Shown in pieces: positions 1-7,475 of a stretch of DNA of 64,000 nucleotides. The position numbers and the translations under genes were made by a program. The notes beneath the pieces were generated by a model that worked only from the letters and a program-made list of their open reading frames with translations, made no database searches and was not told the origin of the DNA. Every line of letters begins with the position of its first letter. The stretch's first letter is position 1. The stretch comes from Bacteroidia bacterium (GTDB lineage Bacteria > Bacteroidota > Bacteroidia > UBA4408): positions 316,442 through 380,441 of the forward strand of contig DAORJK010000002.1 in assembly GCA_035438985.1 (NCBI GenBank). Direction: 5' to 3'.

Positions 1-255
1 GGAAATTTGAAAGTATATCCGAATCCTGTGCATGACAATTTAACGGTTGAATACTTTATTGAAAATCCTTCACAAGTGCAGCTTTCGCTTATTTCTTTAG
101 CTGGAAATAAAATAGTGACCTTATTAAATGAAACTCAATTTGGAGGCAATTACATTCAAAATTTTAATATTGGTGACAAGGTTTCCAAAGGAGTTTATTT
201 GATATGCATTGAAGCAAATGGAAAGAGAGAAACAAAAAAAATTAGTGTGAATTAA
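1..255 (+). CDS. 3' end of a T9SS-secreted protein; only the C-terminal sorting domain lies in the window and the 5' end is truncated by the window edge
   Basis: The translation 'KVYPNPVHDNLTVEYF...GVYLICIEANGKRETKKISVN' has the typical type IX secretion C-terminal domain (Por_Secre_tail) signature (YPNPV...GxY). The ORF runs to position 1 with no upstream start. Confidence 0.8.
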   Translation, partial: GNLKVYPNPVHDNLTVEYFIENPSQVQLSLISLAGNKIVTLLNETQFGGNYIQNFNIGDKVSKGVYLICIEANGKRETKKISVN

Positions 256-284
256 TTGCATACATTTTTTTAAAACTAATACCC

Positions 285-701
285 ATGAGAACTATCAGCA
301 CCAAACGGCAATCTATCGACAGGTTAAAAAGAGTTACACTTGCAATTTTGATTCTGTATATTTTAGCATTACTAAGTTCCTGCGAATACAATACAGTAGA
401 AGTTGAACTTCCGGAAGGAAGCATTAATCCTTGCGATACTGCTACAGTTTCATTTTCAACAGATGTAACAGCAATATTAACTAGTAAATGTGCCACAACC
501 GGCTGTCATGATGGTACAGGTGATGATCCTAATTTGTCAAGTAATCTGTATACAAATTTGGAATCTTCTATTGGTGATGGAAAATTTAAAACGAAGGTAA
601 TCGACCAGCGAACTATGCCTCCGGCGGGTTCAACACCACTCAGCAATTCCGAATACATGATTTTGAAATGCTGGTTTGAGAATGGCCATTCAAACAACTA
701 A
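285..701 (+). CDS. Small lipoprotein with a PSCyt1/Haem_bd-like putative c-type heme-binding domain; the heme motif is the non-canonical C-x4-CH ('CATTGCH')
   Basis: N-terminal positive region, hydrophobic stretch and lipobox 'LLSSC'. 'SKCATTGCHDG' is followed by '...RTMPPAGSTPLSNSEYMILKCWFENG', the layout of planctomycete-type cytochrome c/Haem_bd domains (C..CH ... MPP ... W..G). Confidence 0.55.
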   Translation: MRTISTKRQSIDRLKRVTLAILILYILALLSSCEYNTVEVELPEGSINPCDTATVSFSTDVTAILTSKCATTGCHDGTGDDPNLSSNLYTNLESSIGDGKFKTKVIDQRTMPPAGSTPLSNSEYMILKCWFENGHSNN

Positions 702-760
702 AAAAAATAAATGACAATTCAATTTGATTTCGTAAAATTGCTGTGTAATACTTATTTCTT

Positions 761-1660
761 ATGATAAAAAAAATTGCAACTGCACTATTTCTTACTTTAA
801 TTTTAAGCAACATCCAAGCTGCCTTTGCACAGGATGATATGGAAGCATTGATGAATGCGACTGAAGCTCCCAAAAAGAAAGAATTCACAACTGCTACTTT
901 CAAAGGTACTCGCTTAATAAATTTACACACCATAGAAGTGGCCGGTAAAAGAAGCCTTGACTTTCGAATTTCTCATCGTTTTGGTGCCCTTAACGGAGGT
1001 TTGAATGAAGCTTTTGGATTAGATGGAGGTGCAAGTATACGATTGGGTCTTGAATACAGTTATGATGGTCGTTTGCAGTTTGGGGTTGGAAGAACCAACA
1101 TTGACAAAACCGGTGATTTATTTGCTAAATACCGACTATTGCGCCAAACTACTAATAATTCTATGCCTTTGAGCATGACGCTTTTTGCAGGAATGTATTA
1201 TACTATGGCAAAAGATCCTAACAAGGCAATCAGTGGAATTGATAAATATTCAAATCAAAATAATCGATTATCCTACGCCTATCAATTGATTATCGGTCGA
1301 AAATTTTCTGAACGTTTCTCTTTTCAGGTAGCACCCACCATGGTGCATTTTAATTTAGTTGAAAAGCTCAGCGATAGCAATGATATGTATGCAGTTTGTG
1401 CTGCAACACGATTTAAGTTTACACGTCGTTTTGCATTAACCGCTGAATATTGCTGGAGGGCAACTGAATGGAGTCGTGATACTTATTACGATTCATTTGC
1501 GGTTGGACTCGACATTGAAACAGGAGGACACGTATTTCAATTGCAATTTGTAAACTCATTGGGTGTTTTAGAAAATCAATTTATCCCTAAAACAACTACA
1601 AAATGGAGCAATGCAGGTGTACGCCTTGGATTCAATATTTCAAGAGTATTTAGTTTATAA
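761..1660 (+). CDS. Outer-membrane beta-barrel protein, DUF5777-like, with a signal peptide
   Basis: Signal peptide 'MIKKIATALFLTLILSNIQAAFAQ'. 'LDFRISHRFG' motif, alternating hydrophobic beta-strand pattern, and an aromatic residue near the C-terminus. Confidence 0.55.
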   Translation: MIKKIATALFLTLILSNIQAAFAQDDMEALMNATEAPKKKEFTTATFKGTRLINLHTIEVAGKRSLDFRISHRFGALNGGLNEAFGLDGGASIRLGLEYSYDGRLQFGVGRTNIDKTGDLFAKYRLLRQTTNNSMPLSMTLFAGMYYTMAKDPNKAISGIDKYSNQNNRLSYAYQLIIGRKFSERFSFQVAPTMVHFNLVEKLSDSNDMYAVCAATRFKFTRRFALTAEYCWRATEWSRDTYYDSFAVGLDIETGGHVFQLQFVNSLGVLENQFIPKTTTKWSNAGVRLGFNISRVFSL

Positions 1661-1681
1661 CCGGAATTGCGAGTTTTAAAA

Positions 1682-1710
1682 AACGCACAGCTTAACGTTG
1701 TGCGTTTTTT
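1682..1710. terminator. Bidirectional rho-independent terminator shared by the convergent genes at 761-1660 and xdhC
   Basis: Hairpin 'AACGCACA-N-TGTGCGTT' flanked by an A-run upstream and a T-run downstream. The last codons of xdhC (KNAQR*) lie inside the stem. Confidence 0.6.
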
Positions 1711-2657
1711 ATTTTAATTATTTCGGCAGCAATGCTAATTGCAATTTCTTCAGGTGTTTCGCTCTTAATATCCAATCCTATTGGAGCGTGTAATTGAGAA
1801 ATTAGTTCAGAAGAAATTCCGTCTTGTAACAATTCATCCTGCAGTTTTTTTATTTTTGATTTGCTTCCCAGTACTCCTAAATAACAAAATTTCTTGTCTA
1901 TTAATTTTCTCAAAACCGCAGCATCTGTGCGATATCCATGTGTCATAACCACCAAGTAAATCATGCTGCCGGATGGAATTAACTTATCCATCTCATCAAA
2001 ATTTTTTACTTCTTCCAATCGATTAGCAAAGGTATTTTGACGCATGGTATTTAAATTTTTGCGTTCATCAATTACATGAATAAAAAAATCCAAGCGACTC
2101 ATTACTTCGCTTAAAGCAAAACTGCAATGCCCTCCGCCAATGATGTACAAAAAATTTTTATAGCCTAACTTTTCTTCATACTCCCATATTATTTCCGATT
2201 TTTTTTCGAAGCGATAATTCTGCTCCGGAATTAATTTTTCGTAAAAACAAATACCATCAGAGTTAATTTCTAATAATCCATTTTTTGTTTGTTGCAACGT
2301 ATTCAGGATGCTATGAATGTGTTTGGTATCTTTTTCTTGAATCTTGTATATAAAAATTGTTTGCTCGCCACTGCAAATCATACCACTTTGATTTCCCGGA
2401 GCCGATTTTTGATGTATTTGTTTTTTAGTAAGTGCTTTGTCTGGGAATACCTTTAATTTTTCTTTAGCAAGTTCTACTAATTTATGTTCCATGATACCAC
2501 CACCAATTGAACCATAAATTTCGGTGTATGTAACAGCCATTTTAAAACCTTGTCTTCCAGGGCTGCTTCCTTCACTTTCAAGTACACACATAAATACAAC
2601 CGGATTTTTTTTCTCCAATTGATCAGCGATAAACTGCCATAATTTTAGTTCTTTCAT
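1692..2657 (-). CDS. xdhC: Xanthine dehydrogenase accessory factor XdhC (XdhC/CoxI family, Mo-cofactor insertion)
   Basis: Translation shows the XdhC N-terminal domain and Rossmann domain ('YIIGGGHCSFALSEV...VIDER'). The ORF track starts at a TTG (2669); I prefer the ATG at 2657 ('MKELKLWQF'). Confidence 0.85.
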   Translation of the reverse strand: MKELKLWQFIADQLEKKNPVVFMCVLESEGSSPGRQGFKMAVTYTEIYGSIGGGIMEHKLVELAKEKLKVFPDKALTKKQIHQKSAPGNQSGMICSGEQTIFIYKIQEKDTKHIHSILNTLQQTKNGLLEINSDGICFYEKLIPEQNYRFEKKSEIIWEYEEKLGYKNFLYIIGGGHCSFALSEVMSRLDFFIHVIDERKNLNTMRQNTFANRLEEVKNFDEMDKLIPSGSMIYLVVMTHGYRTDAAVLRKLIDKKFCYLGVLGSKSKIKKLQDELLQDGISSELISQLHAPIGLDIKSETPEEIAISIAAEIIKIKNAQR

Positions 2658-2729
2658 CTTTAACAGCAAATAGCGAATCTAAAATTAAGTTTTCTATTTT
2701 TGTTGACAACGCAACAAGTGATTATTCCG

Positions 2730-4079
2730 ATGAAGTCAACAATATTCGCCATAAAAGGAAACAATATTCTTTGTCCGGATGGATTTAAAAAAGGTATACT
2801 GCTAATTGATGGAGCAAAAATAGTTGACTTTGTAGAGCAACTACCGGTGAACTATCAAGGAAAAATAATTGATGCTGCTGAACGAATTGTAATGCCGGGT
2901 TTAATCGATTGCCATGTGCACATCAATGAACCCGGACGCAGCCATTGGGAAGGCTTCGATACAGCCACAAAAGCAGCCGCTGCTGGGGGTATCACAAGCA
3001 TGGTCGAAATGCCGCTAAATGCTACCCCTGTTACAACTAACCGCAAAAATTTTGAAATTAAATTAAAAGCTGCCGCTAATAAATTGCATGTAAATTGTGG
3101 ATTTTGGGGAGGTGTAGTACCCGACAATGAGCATGAATTAAACGATTTACTCGAAAGCGGTGTGTTTGGATTAAAAGCATTTTTAACTCATTCGGGTATC
3201 GATGACTTTCCAAATACAACAGCATCGCATCTTCGCAATGCTTTATTAATTCTTAAGAGGCACAACAAACCATTGCTTGTACATTGTGAATTAGATGAAC
3301 CGCATCAAGATTCTCATCTGCTGGAAAAGTCACCAAACAGTTATCAGGCTTATTTAAAATCGCGACCAAAAAGTTGGGAAAACAAGGCGGTTCAATTAAT
3401 GATTGACTTATGCAGAGAGACGCAGTCAGCCGTACATTTAGTACATATTTCTTCAGCCGAAGCCTTGCCTTTAATTCGTGCAGCTAAGCTTGAAGGACTT
3501 CCGATTACAGCCGAAACTTGTCCACAGTATTTGTGCCTTTTTGCTGAAATGATTCCGGATGGAGCTACACAATATAAATGCGCACCACCCATTCGTGAAA
3601 AGCAAAACAACGAACTTTTGTGGGAAGCACTCAAAGATGGAACGCTTGATTTTATTGTAACCGATCATTCTCCTGCGCCTCCGGATATAAAGGAAACCAG
3701 CTCGGGTAATTTTGCAAAAGCATGGGGAGGTATTGCCGGATTACAATTTCTGTTGCCACTAATTTTTACTGCTGCAAATGAACGTGGATTTACTGTTGAA
3801 CAGCTAGCTAAATTAACTTCCCTGCATGTGGCACAATTTATTGGTATGGCTGAAACTAAAGGAAAGTTGCAAAAAGGATACGATGCAGATATTGTGTGTT
3901 GGGATCCAACAAAAAGTTTTACGGTTAAACAAGACTTAATTCACCACCGTCATAAAATTTGCCCTTATGAAGGAATGAACTTGTTGGGAGTTGTTGAACA
4001 ATGCTGGGTTGCAGGTGAATTGGTTTTCGATAAAGGAAATTTTTTACATTTGGAACAAGGGAAAATACTGCTTAAATAG
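2730..4079 (+). CDS. allB: Allantoinase (cyclic amidohydrolase)
   Basis: 'GLIDCHVHINEPGRSHWEGF' metal-binding motif and overall amidohydrolase/allantoinase layout, set within a purine-catabolism cluster. The ORF track starts at TTG 2700; the ATG at 2730 is more likely. Confidence 0.85.
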   Translation: MKSTIFAIKGNNILCPDGFKKGILLIDGAKIVDFVEQLPVNYQGKIIDAAERIVMPGLIDCHVHINEPGRSHWEGFDTATKAAAAGGITSMVEMPLNATPVTTNRKNFEIKLKAAANKLHVNCGFWGGVVPDNEHELNDLLESGVFGLKAFLTHSGIDDFPNTTASHLRNALLILKRHNKPLLVHCELDEPHQDSHLLEKSPNSYQAYLKSRPKSWENKAVQLMIDLCRETQSAVHLVHISSAEALPLIRAAKLEGLPITAETCPQYLCLFAEMIPDGATQYKCAPPIREKQNNELLWEALKDGTLDFIVTDHSPAPPDIKETSSGNFAKAWGGIAGLQFLLPLIFTAANERGFTVEQLAKLTSLHVAQFIGMAETKGKLQKGYDADIVCWDPTKSFTVKQDLIHHRHKICPYEGMNLLGVVEQCWVAGELVFDKGNFLHLEQGKILLK

Positions 4080-4132
4080 TAATACAGTTATTTTACCGGA
4101 TTGTAATTTAAAAGGGTTTAATTTGAATAAAT

Positions 4133-5164
4133 ATGAAAAGTGTTGTAGAAATAATAAAAGAGCAACCCAAATTTTGTAGCTATACAAATCTCGCTTCGGG
4201 ACGACTTGGAGCTGAAGCGCTGCTTTGCAGCGACGATTTTTTTGCTGAAATGCAAAATTTGGTCTTACCTGGAAGAGGGATATTTATTGCCGATAAATAC
4301 ACTGACCGCGGAAAGTGGATGGATGGATGGGAAAGCCGAAGAAAGCGAACTGAAGGTCACGATTGGTGCATTGTTAAATTGGCAACACATGGAATTATTC
4401 ACGGATTGGATATTGACACTAATTATTTTTTAGGCAACCATCCACCATTTGCTTCTGTCGAAGCTTGTACAATCAACACTAAACTGGAGGCCACATCATT
4501 GAATGATGATTCAATACAGTGGAAAGAAATTTTGCCGAAAGTAGCATTAGACGCTGGTAGCCAAAACTTTTTTGAAATTGCAGATAAATCAATTTATACT
4601 CATTTGAAGTTACACATATATCCGGATGGTGGAGTTGCTAGATTAAAAGTGTATGGGGAGGTTGTGAAAGATTGGAAAAGCCTTCAGCCAGATGAAATTG
4701 TTGATTTAGCCTCAGCACTAAATGGAGCAAAATCGGTGCTTTGCAACGATATGTTTTTTTCGCACATGGATAATTTACTCCTACCCGGACGTGGCATTAA
4801 CATGGGCGATGGTTGGGAAACCAAGCGAAACCGCACTCCCAATAATCGGGATTGGGTTATTGTTCGACTAGCCCATGCAGGTACAATAAAGCAAGTATTA
4901 ATTGATACCTGTCATTTTAAAGGAAATTATCCTGATGCTTGTATGATTGAAGGTACTACTATCAAACCGGAGGATGAATCAAAATTGACATCAACAGAAA
5001 TTAACTGGACTACAGTTTTGCCAAAAGTAAAATTGAATGCCGATTTTGAACATTATTTTGAAAAGGAAGTGGAAAATCATGGCCCTTTTACTCATGTACG
5101 ATTGTCGATTTTTCCTGATGGAGGAATTAGCCGCATGCGGTTATTTGGAAATGCTAAATTGTAG
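4133..5164 (+). CDS. alc: Allantoicase (two tandem allantoicase repeats)
   Basis: Two internal repeats, each with 'LLPGRGI...DGWE(S/T)(R/K)R.R...DW.IV(K/R)LA..G.I..(L/V)(D/I)DT..F.GN(H/Y)P'. Confidence 0.85.
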   Translation: MKSVVEIIKEQPKFCSYTNLASGRLGAEALLCSDDFFAEMQNLVLPGRGIFIADKYTDRGKWMDGWESRRKRTEGHDWCIVKLATHGIIHGLDIDTNYFLGNHPPFASVEACTINTKLEATSLNDDSIQWKEILPKVALDAGSQNFFEIADKSIYTHLKLHIYPDGGVARLKVYGEVVKDWKSLQPDEIVDLASALNGAKSVLCNDMFFSHMDNLLLPGRGINMGDGWETKRNRTPNNRDWVIVRLAHAGTIKQVLIDTCHFKGNYPDACMIEGTTIKPEDESKLTSTEINWTTVLPKVKLNADFEHYFEKEVENHGPFTHVRLSIFPDGGISRMRLFGNAKL

Positions 5165-5166
5165 AA

Positions 5167-5670
5167 ATGAAGTTAGAAGAATTTAATCAGCTATCGAAGG
5201 CAGTTGCAAGTAAGGAATTAGAGAAATGTTGCGGTGCCTCTAAATGGGTGAATTTGCTGGTCGAAAAAAGACCTTTTTTATCGATTGAAGAATTGAAAAT
5301 GGCTTCCGATGAATGCTGGCAGCAATGTGATACAAAAGACTATTTAGAAGCATTTAGTCATCATCCCAAAATAGGAGACCGCTCCTCCCTGGAGCAGAAA
5401 TTTGCCTCTACGCATAAATGGGCATCTAGCGAGCAATCAAGTGTTTTGGATGCTAACACTAATATAATTGATCAACTGGCTAAAGGAAATGAAGCATATG
5501 AACATAAATTTGGATTTATATTTATTGTTTGTGCAACCGGCAAATCAGCAGAAGAAATGCTCGACTTATTGACACAAAGATTAACCAATGCGCCGGAAAA
5601 AGAAATACAGATTGCCGCCGCAGAACAACAAAAAATAACCCATATTCGAATTAATAAACTACTGGAATGA
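5167..5670 (+). CDS. uraD: OHCU decarboxylase (2-oxo-4-hydroxy-4-carboxy-5-ureidoimidazoline decarboxylase)
   Basis: 'CCGASKWV' and 'AFSHHPKIGD' motifs typical of OHCU decarboxylase. Starts 3 nt after the allantoicase stop. Confidence 0.8.
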   Translation: MKLEEFNQLSKAVASKELEKCCGASKWVNLLVEKRPFLSIEELKMASDECWQQCDTKDYLEAFSHHPKIGDRSSLEQKFASTHKWASSEQSSVLDANTNIIDQLAKGNEAYEHKFGFIFIVCATGKSAEEMLDLLTQRLTNAPEKEIQIAAAEQQKITHIRINKLLE

Positions 5671-6005
5671 GTCAACTTACTACCCATATTTTAGATACCT
5701 GTTTAGGAAAACCTGCTGAGGGAATTGAAGTTCATCTCGCACAAAAAAATTCTGGAGAATGGAACGTTATTTCCAAAGGAATTTCAAACAAAGATGGAAG
5801 AATCACTGACTTACTTTCGGACAAAGTAATTTTAGCTCCGGGAATATACCGTCTTCAATTCGAAACTGGCGCATATTTTAAAAGACTTCAAACCACTGCA
5901 TTTTATCCTTCTGTTAGCATTGAATTTGAAATAAGCGATGCATCGCATTACCATGTTCCCTTGTTGTTAAACCCATATGGATATAGCACCTACAGAGGAT
6001 CTTGA
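5667..6005 (+). CDS. uraH: 5-hydroxyisourate hydrolase (transthyretin-like)
   Basis: 'LTTHILDT..GKPAEGI' N-terminus and C-terminal 'YRGS' signature. Overlaps uraD by 4 nt (ATGA). Confidence 0.88.
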   Translation: MSQLTTHILDTCLGKPAEGIEVHLAQKNSGEWNVISKGISNKDGRITDLLSDKVILAPGIYRLQFETGAYFKRLQTTAFYPSVSIEFEISDASHYHVPLLLNPYGYSTYRGS

Positions 6006-6033
6006 TGATTAATAAAAACAAAAAAACAATACG

Positions 6034-7464
6034 ATGAAGTTAACTATTCCTGAAAAAGAAAAGCTTGAGATATTAAATGAATTAAAATTAGCCAACCTTG
6101 CATTTCAAGCTGTGTATCCCGGCGATCTGCCACATCGTCAACCGGTACATACTGTTTATGGTGGAGCTAATTTGTTTAAAAGCGATAGTACCGTTAAAAT
6201 GGGAAAAGCTGCTTTCAAAAGTTTTATCAACAATGCCCCCAATTTCGCCATATTAGCCAAGGTGCTTGAATTAAAGGGTCATGCAAGTTTACCGGATACA
6301 GAAGCAGAGGTAATGGTTTTGGAGGAACGTTTGAATAAATTAAGCGATGAGCAGCGTAAATTAGAGCTGGCATGGCTTCCTTACACGGTTTATAATAAGA
6401 TTAAAGCCAAATTGCAAACTGAAGCAGTGGAAGATTTTAGAATCGATTTTGAGGATGGATTTGGAAATCGTCCAGATGATGAAGAAGATGCTACGGCTGT
6501 TACAGCAGCCACCGAATTAGCAAAAGGAATGGCAGATAAAACGATACCTCCATTTATTGGCATCCGTATTAAGCCATTTACCGAAGATTTAAAGTACCGC
6601 GGCGTTCGAACGCTCGATCTTTTTGTGAGTACCTTATTGGAAAAAAGTGGAGGAATATTGCCTCCAAATTTTGTGGTAATGTTACCCAAAGTTACGATTC
6701 CGGAACAAGTTGAAACCATCGTTAAATTTTTTGAATTACTTGAAAAGGCTCATCAATTGCCCGATGGTTCTCTTAAAATGGAGATGATGGTGGAAGCAAC
6801 ACAAGCAGTTATGGATGCAGATGGGAAAAATCCGCTTCTTAAATTAATTAGAGCCGGAAAGGGACGTTGCATTGCAGCGCATTTTGGAACCTATGATTAT
6901 ACAGCCTCCTGCAATATAACTGCACGTTATCAAACCATGGATCATCCGGTATGCGATTTTGCACATCACATGACCCGTGTTGCTTTGGGAGGTACCGGCA
7001 TCATGCTTAGCGATGGAGCAACCAATGTAATGCCGGTTGGTCCACACCGAGGTGATTCACTCACACTGGAACAGGAAATTGAAAATAGAAGGGTTGTACA
7101 CAACGCTTGGAAACTAGGGTATGGACACACCATGCATTCCTTGATTAATGGATTTTATCAGGGATGGGATTTAAATCCGGCTCAGTTTCCTATGCGCTAT
7201 GCTGCCACTTATACTTTCTTTTTGGAGAGTTATGAAGACGCTGCAGTACGCTTGCGAAATTTTGTTGAAAAGGCTGCTCAGGCAACACTTTCAGGAGATG
7301 TATTTGACGATGCAGCAACCGGACAAGGTTTACTGAATTATTTTTTACGTGCGTTAAATTGTGGTGCCATTACTGAAAAAGAAGTTCTTGCAACAGGTTT
7401 AACCATTGAAGAAATCCGTAGTCGCTCGTTTTATAAAATTTTAGTTGGCAGACGAAAAAAATAA
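6034..7464 (+). CDS. 476-aa CitE/HpcH-HpaI/malate-synthase-superfamily TIM-barrel-like protein; role in the purine cluster unknown
   Basis: Motifs line up with citrate-lyase-beta / malyl-CoA-lyase active-site elements: 'DFRIDFEDGFG' (D-x-E-D metal site), 'IGIRIKP', 'VVMLPKVTIPEQV', 'MEMMVEATQAV', 'GTYDYTAS'. A C-terminal extension of about 150 aa has no recognisable domain. Confidence 0.5.
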   Translation: MKLTIPEKEKLEILNELKLANLAFQAVYPGDLPHRQPVHTVYGGANLFKSDSTVKMGKAAFKSFINNAPNFAILAKVLELKGHASLPDTEAEVMVLEERLNKLSDEQRKLELAWLPYTVYNKIKAKLQTEAVEDFRIDFEDGFGNRPDDEEDATAVTAATELAKGMADKTIPPFIGIRIKPFTEDLKYRGVRTLDLFVSTLLEKSGGILPPNFVVMLPKVTIPEQVETIVKFFELLEKAHQLPDGSLKMEMMVEATQAVMDADGKNPLLKLIRAGKGRCIAAHFGTYDYTASCNITARYQTMDHPVCDFAHHMTRVALGGTGIMLSDGATNVMPVGPHRGDSLTLEQEIENRRVVHNAWKLGYGHTMHSLINGFYQGWDLNPAQFPMRYAATYTFFLESYEDAAVRLRNFVEKAAQATLSGDVFDDAATGQGLLNYFLRALNCGAITEKEVLATGLTIEEIRSRSFYKILVGRRKK

Positions 7465-7475
7465 TTCGCTTCTGA

